DNA of 64,000 nucleotides. Source: Chara braunii. Lineage: Eukaryota > Plantae > Charophyceae. The stretch lies in NCBI GenBank assembly GCA_003427395.1, contig BFEA01000029.1, positions 3,692,366-3,756,365 of the forward strand, in the 5' to 3' direction. The notes under the pieces were generated by a model. It was not told the DNA's origin. It did not search any database and was given only the letters and a program-made list of their open reading frames with translations. The translations under genes were made by a program, and so were the position numbers. Below are positions 23,500 to 35,435 of this stretch, piece by piece (position 1 is the first letter of the stretch; each line of letters starts with the position of its first letter).

Positions 23500-26300
23500 T
23501 TTCTCACGCCCGTATGTGGGCGCGAAACCGTGGTAGGTACATCCGCGAACTACCGAAACGTGGATCGGCGCCTGGACCCAGATGATGGAACTTGGTGGGT
23601 AAAGCCACATACTCCGAATCGCCTTGGGTCGGGTGCCTCCGCGGCCCAGGCTGTGTCCTTCGGGGCACCCTATAGAACTGGGGCGGTGAAGGACGACGGT
23701 AGTACTGGCAGGTTAAGTCGTCATTTCGGCGAGCATGGCGTTTTTTGCTGGAATGGAGCTCGTCGAAGATGCGCCTGTTTGGACCCGGCCTCGAAGGGGG
23801 GCCAGGTTCGTCCTGACACGGCGAAGGTCGGGGCGATGCGGAAGTTTTTCGTAAGGCCTGCATAGGGGTGGCATGTATAAGCAGAGGAAAAAGGAGGGCC
23901 CCGGAGGCCTGCTGGCGTTAAAAAGTCCGAAATCGCCTGAACCGGTTACGAACGAGAGCCAAGTCCACGCGAGATAGAGCGTCGTGGGGCGCTGCCTCGG
24001 ACAGGTCGGCCGGAATGACCCGGCACAGGGAAGACCCGTGTGGCTGCTATATACGAATGGCACGCATAAACCGAGGGAGGGGGTGAGTACGGCTACTGCG
24101 TGAGGAAGGTATGCGTGAGTCCGGGAGTGAACCCGGACAGGAAAATGGGCTGGGGGCGTGCAAAAGGGCTGCGTGGCCCTTGGGGCGACCGCGGGGCATT
24201 ACCGCGGCAGAAGTCCTCCAGGTCATCCGCAAAGGCTGAGAGGGTACGGGGATATTCGTAAGCCCGCGGCATGAGGATCGCGTGCGAAGATCAGGGACGA
24301 ACCCGGACGCGAATCAGGCCGGAGGCGGGCGACGGGTGAAAAGGTTCAGCGGCTTTGGAAGTGTTGCAGGGGACGGTTTTAATCCAGTCCTTTGGGGCAT
24401 CCGTTAAAAAATTGGAATGACACGGAGGCGATCAGCATGGCCTCTGCGTGAGGGTGGTATGCATATATAGTGTGAGGGTCCGACAGCCAAGCGTTTCTTT
24501 CGCTCTTTGGTGTCCGGTTGCTATCGGACCGTGTGGCGTTGGAAAGGCGGGATGACGTCAACGGGGGCTGGAAAACGGAGATGGCGGGTAGACAGGTGGA
24601 GTGCCGCGGGAGAGAGACGGCGCGCTCGTTCCTTGATGGTTTTAGGCCGGGGGAAAGGCTGCATGGGGTTTTTCGGGCGAGGTGACCTCGATTATGAGGT
24701 CAGTTTTAGAGGAAGGTAGGCGAGAAGGGAGGCGGAAGAGAAACGGGCTGTGCGAAAGCGACGGAAAAATAGTATGGCGGGAGGGTGAACCGGTAACTTG
24801 CTCACACTTCATCAGAATCGGGTAAGGGAAAGTGTTAACTGGGGGTTTCGGATGCGGGCGAGCTATTTGGCACAGTTGGTCCGAGGAGCGGATTAGCAGG
24901 GCAGGAGTTGGAGTGAAGGGGTAATGTGCGGAGCCAGGGCGGAAGCGGTAGTGAAGGGGGCAAGGGCTAGCTAGTTCGGACGTCCCCTACCTGTCCTCGG
25001 TGAAAATACAAGGCGGATTGAAGGCTCCTTGCTACGACGAAGTGAGCGATGACGTTACGGAAAGAGGGATTGAGGATGCGTTGGGGAGGAAGGGTCTCGG
25101 GATGTTAATGCACTTGATCGGGATCTTACGAAAGAGTCATTCCGATTTTGCTCGGTCATTCGGATAGGAGCAGCGGGAGGAAGGGGCTCACCTACCTGCC
25201 ACGTGTTCAACTCAATGATTCTCGTCGCCATGGGCCCACCTGCGTCCGTCACCATGGGTCTGATTGGCTTGTGGCGGCCACCTCTCTGAGTCTCTGTGTA
25301 TGACCAATTGGACTCGATTGGGCTGCATGGGAGGCCGTTTTTCCGTCCGCAACGACCCTGTAGCCGTAGTCAGTACTCAGGTGGCGGCTTACCTGCCCAC
25401 ATGAGACTCGAGTTGTTTGACCCGCTCTGGGGGCCGGGTAGGATACGTATCCGGCTTGACTGGAGGTCTGTGTACCTCTGCTGAGAACTTCTTAGGCGGC
25501 AGTTACAGGAACCCCCCGTTGCTGCAGTCGGAACCCATGGTTGGCACCGAGTCGCCGTATGTTTGGAGTCTGGGCACTGCGCATGGCTGAAGGGAGAAGC
25601 TACCGTTGCCCTGAGTATGTTACTGCAATGTGGGTTGTGGCTTGACTGCAATGGGCACGGTACCTTATCGAGTTCTACCGGGCTTGTTGCCAGGTGCCTG
25701 TACGCGTTGGGTTGGCTACGAAGTGGGGACCAGACTAATGATAGGTTGATTGGCGGGGCAACAGCGAGCAGCCCATGGGTTTGTGTGACATGTTTGATGC
25801 CTAGTGTACTGTTCATTGGTAGGGGAAAAGAAAGAGGTGGACTGCTAAGCTGCAACATTTTGGCCGCTCCTGCTGTAGGCGCTGCGGGTTGATTCGGCTG
25901 TTGTGCTACAACAGCGGTTGCTGAACCTGCTGCAGGCAACTACGCTGCATTGGGTACGACTATTTAGGACTGTGTGACTGCAGTCTCATTAGGGGAAGCG
26001 AAGATGTAGTATGGGAGAGGTGGTTGGGTCGTAAGAGGGGTTGTTGTTGCAGCTTGGCGGAGCGGCTGCGAGGGGGGCTATTGCTGCGAACTGGGACTTC
26101 GTCAGGGGACTTTGCAGCTGTTTGACCCGGACTTGATCAAGCTGCAGCTGTTTTTGGTCGCCATTACAGGATCTTCGGGCATTGAGGGCTAGAAGGCCCT
26201 CTCACGCAAGTCTGAGCGCTCCATTCCGAAAAATGAGGGTCTTGGACTTTCTTCTTCTGTCCCTCTTCCTCTGAGTCTGTTCCTTTGGTTCTGAGAGAAA
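23500..26300 (-). pseudogene. Fragmented Pro/Ser/Ala-rich ORF of unknown function inside the retroelement-like block
   Basis: Collinear minus-strand ORF pieces at 25370-25939, 25055-25255, 24379-24561 and 23504-24063. No recognised domain. Confidence 0.3.
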
Positions 26301-26683
26301 GGCGGCAGGCGGGCGTGTGGTCCGTAACCCGCGCCAAGGCCTTGTGCGAGGTTGCCCCACCGATTGCGGGAGCTCTACCGGGATTCAGGCGGAGTCTTGG
26401 AGGCAGGAAACTGGGTGGTAATCCTTTGAATCCCTCTATAAACCCAACTATAACCCATATTTGTACATCTCTCTATGTTTGACTGAGTGTATTGTGTGAA
26501 TCCCGTATGCGGTTTTGAGTTTGACTTTCGGGACATAAGTCAGATTGAAGTAAAAGAATGTATGGGCAAATCTCAGTTTCAGATTGTTGATTGTCTGAAA
26601 GCAGATTGTGAATGAAATGGGTTGCATCTGGGGGAAGGTTGGGAGAAAGGTAGTATTGTATGCAGTCTGGTTGGGTCATTGAG

Positions 26684-27620
26684 GCTGGGAGGTCCCCATA
26701 AGTTTGGGGAAGCCCAGCACTTTGTTTATTTTTGGATTGCATGGAGCCTCAGGCCGCTCTATAAGTTTAGGTAGCCTAAAGCTCTGGAGGCTGTGATGTC
26801 CCCATAAGTTTGGGGAGGCCTGGTGCTGTGAATTGCATGGAGGGTCAGGAAGCTCTATAAGTTTAGGTGTCTTGACTGCTCTGACATGGGAGGGTTGATT
26901 GTGCCTGATTTTCAGGGGCTCAGGGCGCTCTATAAGTTTAGGTGCCCTGGGTCGCCTTGTTTATTAGGGGATTCTTTATGTTTCTTTGTTTCTGAACAAG
27001 GAGGTCTGAACCGCTCTATAAGTTTAGATGGTTCAGCCCTTCTCCTGTTTTGTTCTGAGGGAATAACTCTGGCAGGAGGCAGGCCGCTCTATAAGTTTAG
27101 GTAGCCTGTCCCACTGCCTCGCACAGACTGGATCAGAGAGAAGCGAACCTGGCAGAGGGTCACACCGCTCTATAAGCTTAGGTAGTCTGACCCAATGCCT
27201 CACACATGTTGGAACTTAATGGATATAATCTGGCTATATTGTATTACTATGCTATTAAGAACAGGCTAGTCAGACCGCTCTATAAGTTTAGGTAGCCTGA
27301 CTATAGCTTATCACAACTGAAGAGGGTATAACTAAGAGGTATAGCTCAAGGTAAACTTGGGCGGGTTGAGCAGTGTTCTAAGTTGAGCGGCTCAGCCTTA
27401 TGTCCCCTTTAAAGATTAAGTTCAGAGAGGTTTATATAATTTGGTTATTTAAACAGTTTAGGGCGACTAGAGTGGTCTAGTTATACGCCCAAAGAAGAGA
27501 GAAGTAGTTGTGCCCTTTGTTTGTGTCTACCTGGCCAAGTCAGAACGCTCTATAAGTTTAGGTGTTCTGACTGTGGGTCTGGCTAAGTTGGGCGCGCTCT
27601 GTAAGTTAAGATGCCCTGAC
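26684..27620 (+). repeat. Array of ~12 stem-loops with a conserved TAAGTT loop and covarying stems
   Basis: Core GCTCTATAAGTTTAGGT (or CCCCATAAGTTTGGGG) flanked by copy-specific inverted repeats, e.g. AGTCAGAAC/GTTCTGACT, CTGAACC/GGTTCAG, CAGGGC/GCCCTG, GCTGGG/CCCAGC. Confidence 0.85.
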
Positions 27621-27899
27621 CTATGCCTTATGTAAGTTGGGTATAAAGGGGTAACTCACAAAGGAAGCACGAACTATTGCTTGCTAAAGGAGCTTGGGAT
27701 TGGTGAGAGTATTTACCCTTGTAGTTTGGCCTGCATGTGGCTGAGTGAGACTATTACTTGGCCTAAGTTTTAGGTTGACAGGTAGTTGCTTTAGAGGCTC
27801 GCCACGTGCTAGAGCGATAGGAGTTAGGTCAATTCTTGCATTTTTTGAGTTGACATTATTTTACTTAGATCGATTCTTGCATTTTCTGAGGCTTGCTAT

Positions 27900-28490
27900 T
27901 ATACTTGGACTTGTATAAATTTTGGTAAGCTACTTTCTCTACGGGAATCGCTGGCGAAATTTCTACAGATTCAAGGAGTTAGATAAATTTTGACTTGTCA
28001 AAGTTTAACTTGTCTTTTCATTATATCTGACTTAGTAAAAATCTGAAAAACCTCATTTTATAAAGGGAATGCTGCCCAGTTTTTTGCTAATTTAGGGAGT
28101 TGGACAAAATTGGGCCTTGGGAAGTCAAAGTTAGTCTCAGGTTTCAAACTTAGCCTTGCATAAATTTTGGGAGAACACTTTTTTAGGGGAGTGCTGCCGA
28201 AATTCCTGCAAAGACTAAGGAGTTAGTCGGATTTTGTCTAAGTTGAACTCAAGGTTGGGGGTTGAGTTCAAATTCGACTTGGTATAAATCTGGGAAATCC
28301 TCAATTCCAAACGGGGTGCTGCCTAAATTTCTACTAATTCAGAGAGTTAGACAAAATTTGACTTTCGAGAGTCGTAGACTACTCCTGCTTTTGATATTTG
28401 AGCTTGTATAAATTCTGAAAAGGCACTTTTCCTACGGGAAGCGCTGCCAAATTTTTTTTAAATTAGAGGAGTTAGACTTTATTTTGTCAG
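27900..28490. repeat. Diverged ~123-bp tandem repeat, 5 copies
   Basis: Recurring CTTGTATAAAT...GGGAA(T/G)GCTGCC..AATTT...GGAGTTAGAC blocks starting near 27910, 28030, 28155, 28278 and 28403. Confidence 0.75.
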
Positions 28491-31379
28491 GTGGCGATTT
28501 TTGCGATCCACCCTGAGTAGGGGAGATTCAGTCATTAGTCTACCTTTGCTTGGGCACTGGCTTAGAGGCAGGCTTGAACTTAGCTGGTAGGTGGCTTTGA
28601 GTAAAAATGTGTTATTGAGGTTTATCCCCCATATGCTGATGATTTAGCTTGGGCATTTGACCTATCTTGTGTTACAGGTCCTTTGGGACGTCTAATTCAA
28701 GATCGGGACTAGACTCAGCTTGATCCCTTGAGGATCACCTTCTGTTATCACTGATAACATGTCGGTTGCCGATTCGTCGGTTTACGACTCGATTTCAACC
28801 CACTCTCCATACTCAACCTAAAAGGCTTTAGCCCTGGTGATTTTACTGTTTGTTAAGGGTTTTACCCGGACTTTTATTGAATGGTCATTTAACAAAGGTA
28901 CTGAGTATTTAATTGCGGTTGGTCGGATCGGCGGTTGGGGCTTGCATGGCTAAAGCGAAGGGGTATGAGCATAGAGAATGATTGGGGTTGACTCCGTGTA
29001 GTGCGTGTTTGTCGCTTGATTCTTGGTGTGATTGCAGGTATGTCATGTAGCTCGGATTATGGATTTGGACTACTTGCCATCCCATATACATATACATGGT
29101 TGTGAGGAGTCTCACTATGCCTGTGAGAAGTGATCGTCGCATCTCTATTTTTCCTTGTGCATGTATGCGTAGGTATACCTAGGATAAGCGTTCGAGAGGC
29201 CTAAGAGGCCATGTTAAAACCCGTTTAAAGGTTGAGGTCGAAATGCGCAGGGGAGACCCTCCCTTCTGCCTATTTGCGTCTTGGGGCTTTCATAGTCGGA
29301 CGTTGGTCCTGGGCCAGGATTCAAGGCCCTTATCCAGGACATCCCAAACCCTAGACTCTGTAGGGAAGGGGTTTCCCCTCGTACAGAGCCTATTTACTTT
29401 GGCCGGCGAGACACCCCACCTTGAAGGCGGAGATGCCGCGAGGGCCGAACGGCCTGTCCTTCAACCGTTCAATATCACGAGGGGTGACCCATCGCGATGT
29501 GTTCCTTCAACCATTCAATATCGCGAGGCCGGGGCCGCGATTACCACGTATGATTGGCATCGATGGTTGGCATAGAATTGGTCTGTGGGCATGCTGCTTT
29601 ATGTTAGAATATCGCCGCGACGCTTCGTCGCCCCGGTGCCTAAAGGTTATGGGATCGTCAGGCTCGCACGTAGACGCAGCGCTTGGGATTATTGTAGGCC
29701 GCTGGTACCACCCATAGAGGGGAAGGGTGCTTTAAGGCTATGAGTTTTATTAAAGCCAGGGGACCTTTGCCCTATTCCCTCTTCTTGGGTTCGTGCGTGT
29801 CTTGTTTGCTTTTTAGAGATTTTTATGGTTGGACGTTGTAGTCTGTGGCAGCCGTCAAAGTCAAACCCCTTGACTTTCGTCCAGGCCCGGGGAGGACTTA
29901 CCCCTAGGGCCGCGAGAGACGACTACCACCACAGGTTCTGGACCTGTGTACCACCCGCTCTGCACAAGGGTGCAGAAGAGGGTGTGTGGCATTCAACCGC
30001 GCATAGCGGTTGTCTGGCGTCGAGAGATTAGCCCTCAAGGCGCGTGTCAGCCGACACTTGAGTGTCGAACGTGACCCTCGAGATTAACGAGGGTTGCGCG
30101 AGTATGGGTACTACATAGTACGCCATCACTGCGACTGCTTGTGTACACTCGCATTGCGAGTCGATATGAGCTAGCCCTGCGTCCGCGCGGTTTTGTACTA
30201 AGTCTCGCGCAAGATGCCTATCCGACTTCCGCTTCGGAAAGTTATGGGTTGGCTACCGAGGGGCTAGGAGCGTTGTCGCGTTGTTTGTGTTGCGTCGCGT
30301 CGTAAGCACGTGTGTGCGTGTGTCTTATTTTCGTGTTCGTAGAGTGGTATGCGCGTGGTGTGTGGGATGCGTCCTAGTCGACCGACGTCGGGCCGCGCTT
30401 GGGACATCAGCCCCCCAAGATGTCGGGTCGCGTGCGGGTCCGACAGGCGTATTATCGCGCGTACCCCCTATGCTACAACGAACGAGAAACGCCATCGGCT
30501 GGTCCACCTCTACGATTGCAACCGAGTAGCTTTCGTATTGTGGACTGGTAGCTCGGCGGGGATATGCCCACCGATGGGAGGTGATAGCTCTCGTAAGGTG
30601 GAGTTAAGTCGTGCCTCGCGTAGGCCCTATCCTGTCGTAGGGACGCGCGAGAGGTATGGCTGGCGCACTCGGCCGGAGCGGCCTAAGGAAGCTCCACTTG
30701 CGCGTTCGTGTCGAGGTTGGTCCATCTCCTGCGTGACGCGGCCGAGAGGGTCCCGCGCTGCCACAAGCGGTGCCGGACCAATGCGCACGACATCGTGCAG
30801 GGGTCTTTTCCATCCGCACGATTGATCCCAGCCTCGCGATCTTATCGATCGCACGGTCGAAACCGGTCACGCCCGATTGTCGCCGATCACCCCTACACGA
30901 TGACCAGCTCCAAAAGGAGTTAGCCTAGTGGTGCAAGTCAATTTCAATCCCTTAGTCTCCAGGGTGAGACTCTAACGCGATAACCTACTGGGCTAACTAC
31001 TTCTACAGATGGAAAAGGAATTGCTCTTCTCTAGGAAGAACTTACACCCTGCTACTCACCCAACATATGGCTTGGTAGGCCCTACTGGCTACGTCTAACT
31101 ACGGGACTGACCCTTCCTTCCTATATCGCGACCTCGCACTCGTCGCGATTGTCCTTACCAGCCGCATGCATAGGCTCTGAATCGCGCTACTTCACAGCCA
31201 CACGTTTTTATTTCAAATAGGATAGATTCAAATTTAATAAGTCGATGACCATGCGTCCTAGTGACCCCGCCAAAAACAGAATACAACTGGTCACACTGTC
31301 GGTCAATCACCATTATTGTCGGATGTTCCAGATGTTTGGAGTTAGGTTAAAAAAAGGTCCTTAGCCTATCAGTCATCGG

Positions 31380-33425
31380 TAGGTCTGATTAGACTTCTGG
31401 CAAGCACGTCAATCTCATAAAGTCAAAAACTTTTACAACCGTCGGATAACGTTTGACATTTAAAAATATCGGGCAGATACCCTCATAAGGGTTGTCGATC
31501 CAACATCGTGCAAAGAGGGATACAACAATATTTATCAACAAGCATCTATAGTTCTCGTTGATACAACTTGTTGACTCCTTGGGAAGATGGGTGTAACTCA
31601 CAACCAATATTGAAGGAACAATCTGTTTTTTTGCATTTGTTTATGCTCTGAGTCTGATAGAGTACAGAGATAAAATGCAATTTTTTTACACCCTCCCCTT
31701 CGTTCTTCTTGGAGAGAAGGTTAACTGACCCCCCAATTTCCACCCCCATTTATAAGAAAACCAAACGGTCATTTTAACCATACTTCACACCAATCTGTAG
31801 AGTGCACTCCTTACTAACTTATTGTAAAACGAAAACCGAAAAAAAACAATTCAAAACATATAAAACAGCAAGCCAAAAGTGCACTTTCATGAAATTTCAA
31901 CAACATTTTAATTTGTCGATTCTTACAATTTTCACCACTACCCAAAACAACCATCTCCAGGAACCCAACAAACATCAAACTTCACAGAACCTAGTCCTCG
32001 TGGGGGACTGAAACACAATTGTAAAACCAACCTTAAACTCCTCCTCAAGGGACCCTTTGAAATCGGACTTCAAGGTCATGACCAGGTTCACAGAAGAAAT
32101 GAACCTTGTGGAGCCATTGAAAACAATCTATCTGGATGGTAAAAATTTATTGTGGGTCTCCTCATCCGCCAGATCAAATGACTCTCAAGTCATACAAAGC
32201 TTAGGGTGGAGTACTTCCTGATGAGAGGCCGACCAGTCGAGTGAATAATGAAGATCTCTATGCCCATTTACCCTTTATCTAATCATAGACTAGTGTTAGC
32301 TACTCTTGTTCCAGACAGTAAAATCAAGAGACAAAGATGCTACTATAAGCTCAACACTACGGTGTTAAGGGATAAATGGCTAGTGAAATCGATTCAGGAA
32401 TTTTTGAACCAATGGAAAAACTTCAAAGCTTACTTTGAATACGAAGGTCAGTGATTGGACGCAGGTAAATTGGCTTAGCAACTGCATCCCTTAGTTTTGT
32501 CTTACGGATTAAAGCCTTCAATCCAAAAATGGATCAAAAAAATTTCAAAAAACACCGAGTGGACTAAAAATGTAATAGGCGAAGACCCAAAATGTGATGA
32601 TTGTTGGGGGGGATAAAAAAAAAATGTTTGGAAGGACAAATTGGAAACAAAACAATTTAAAAAAGAAAAGATATGTGCAAAGATGGTCAAAATTATATGA
32701 GTTAAAGTGAGAGAGAGACTCGCTAAGGAAAACTTCAAGATACTCTCTTCTAATTGAGTTTTCCTTCATCATTAAGTTTTTATTGGTTGCTTTATCACCC
32801 CTTTTACCCATTCGGTTCAAAACATTTTGATATCCACCCGACCCACTATTTTGTCCCAAGAGGAATTGGGGCTACAAGAGAAACTCTTCCAACATTTCAG
32901 AGCCAGAATCTCAGTTGTTCGCAGGTTGGACCTAAATCGGCTGGTCTCAAATAAACGAGCCGGAGGTCGCTACTAGGAGCATGCCGAAGGCAAGTGCCCC
33001 GACTACAATGGACTTCTGGTCGAGTACTACCTACAATTTTGGATCTCCCTCGGACTCAAAGTGAAATCTCTATGTAATGGCCTATTAGAAGGAAAATAGT
33101 TATGGGAGACCAGTTGAACGTGAATTATTTCTCTACTATATAAAAATGAGATAAAATGAATGTGAGAAACTAAAGGCATATTTCACTTTGAATACATCGT
33201 ATAAATTACTGAGAAATAAGTCGGCTATAAGGCTATAAAGGTGCCTACCATAGTTGATTGGAATAAAGCAAGCTTTGTAAACTTGAAGGTCTGGAACATC
33301 GTTCACAATGTTCTCACAACAATAGAAGCACTAGAGGTAATTAAAGAATATAAATTTGAATATGTATCCCTACTCTGAGATATAGAAACGACGTACGATA
33401 GGATCAATTGAGACTTTGTTCTCAC
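31380..33425 (+). pseudogene. Decayed non-LTR retrotransposon ORF2 (L1/Tx1-like): APE endonuclease plus N-terminal RT, 3'-truncated
   Basis: DSLGRWV, LVLVGD*N (GDFN), PLSNHRLV (SDH), YYKLNTTVL (WKLN), MPKASAPDYNGLLVEYYLQFW (KAPGPDG..EFY..FW), VRN*RHISL (WRPISL), HNVLTTIEALE..LL*DIETTYDRIN*DF (DLEKAYDRV.W). Confidence 0.85.
31710..31817 (+). repeat. Dispersed repeat inserted in the LINE; second copy at 58318-58424
   Basis: GGAGA(G/A)AAGGTTAA..GACCCCC..ATTT..CAC....ATTTA.AAGAAAA...GGTCAT...ACTTCACACCAATCT.TAGAGTGCACT.CTTACTAA is shared by both loci. Confidence 0.75.
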
Positions 33426-33790
33426 CCCCCCATTGCCCCGACGTCGACCGCTCCCCGTTTCGATCCCGTTAGATCCAGCTAACTCCCGCCACCCCACGCC
33501 GTTCCCGCCCACCTCCACTACCGATCCCGATTTTCCCCCCAACTCCGATCCCGGCTTCCCTTCCCTGCAAGGATCGCGCCCAATTGTAATCGCCATTCCC
33601 TGAACCTCGTCCCCCACCCGCTGCGCCCCACTCCGACCCTGACCGATTCCCCACCCCCCGCCTTTGCTCCGCCGATCCTGATCCCGCCTTTCTCCGCTCC
33701 CGATTTCGACCCCCCCTGCGCGCACGTTGTCGGAGGGCGCGGTGTCCCGACCCTCCGCGGCATACCAGGCTCCCTGCTCATGAACCTCCG
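33426..33790. repeat. C-rich CCGAT(T/C)CC element end, related to 40350-40835
   Basis: Repeated CCGATCC/CCGATTCCC motifs. GCGCGCACGTTGTCG at ~33718 occurs inverted at ~40355. Confidence 0.45.
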
Positions 33791-35339
33791 CGGTGTGTCA
33801 ATTTGCCATACCAGTTTGGGGGTCTGACCCGCTCTGTGGTAGTAATCGGTCTAACCAAAGAGGACTGATCACACTTTTGGTCAGGATGATCATTCATGAT
33901 TGTCCCGGGTTTAATCGCATTCCTTTTAATTTTATTATTGTCTATTATTATTATTATTATTTAAACCTGATTGTGAGTCAAGGTATGGTTCTCATAGGGT
34001 TCGGCGACCTGAACCACTTGGAGTGGGATTGGTGAAAGTTACCGTTGATTTTTTTTGTGGAATATTTACCCAGTTCCGAACGAAAAATAAAAAAAGATTA
34101 ATAATAATAAAAAATAATTTAATAGATGCGGCCCTAACTCGCAGTTGTGTGCATATTGGCCCACCGTTAACCCAGACTAAGCGATATTCCATAGACCCAC
34201 ATCTGTATGAACAGGCCTGTAGTGGGATAGTTGTCGAAAAAACTTAGTCCACTGCAGCAAGCTACTGGGCCTGGAGCCAGTACCAACAACGGTACCGCGG
34301 GGTCGTGCGTGCGATTGGTGCCACATGTCGGTGAGCACAGCGGGCATCTGTCAGCCCAGGGAAACGGCCACTGGGCCGTTACATGAGAACTAGGGTTTTG
34401 ACTTGTGAGACAGATGAGACGCACAGAATGGGAGCACGGGTTGGCGCACGGAGCGTGCAGGCTCGCTTGAACTCAGGTGGAGACGCGCCTGCAAGCTACA
34501 CGCACAAGCGAACAGATACGATCGTGCACCGAAAATGCACGAGAGCGACACACAGGCGCAAAAGGATGGACTTGGCACATACGCACTTTGGGGGAGAAGC
34601 GCACGGGGGTTGGCGAACGGGCTAGCCAGTTGCGGCTAGCTCATGCGAGCTTGAGTGTGTGCACACAGGGGGGGAGTGACAACTCCCAATCAGCGCACAA
34701 AGAGGTCCCTTTTGGGGAGGCGCGCAAACAGGCGCACAGGGACAACACATGCATGAGTAGAGGGAGAGGTGTGTTTCCTTTGGAGCGCAGGAACCAGGAC
34801 AAGGGCTGGTTCGATCAGTGGGCGGTCGTCTGCGCACAGGAATCGCCACGTGGTACTTAGTGCACAGTGGCCAGCGCACGGAAATCAGGGCATGGAAATC
34901 AGCACACGGTAATTAGAGGACGGTAATTACACGTCGTTAATCAGTGCTCAATAAGGACCCACTCATGGCGATCAGCGTGGGGGAAATCAGCGCACAATAA
35001 GGATCCGAGCATGGCGAACAGCGTGGAGATCGACACACAATAATTAATGCACGGTATTCGAGCGCGCGGAAATCCGTGATGAACAGCGAACGGGAACTAT
35101 CGAATGGTATTCATCGTACAGCGACGTTGGACGGTAATCAGCTGGCGGTGGTCAGCGCCGTGGTAATGATCCTTGCACTATTTTCAGCGCATGGTAATCA
35201 GCATTGAACCACGTACGAACTGGGACATTTCTCAGAAACAATGCACGAAGGCGATAGGATTGCCCACCAATTAGCGCTCAACCCATCAACACGCCATTCT
35301 CTGTTCCCTGCTTTGGTTGCGGCGCACTCAGTCCGTGCG

Positions 35340-35346
<7 letters not shown>

Positions 35347-35435
<89 letters not shown>

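Noticed and set aside
26684-27620. CRISPR array interpretation of the repeated GCTCTATAAGTTTAGGT core
   Set aside because: Spacing is irregular (about 50-180 bp), the stem arms differ between copies, there are no cas genes and the context is eukaryotic TE DNA. It is kept as a structured hairpin array instead.
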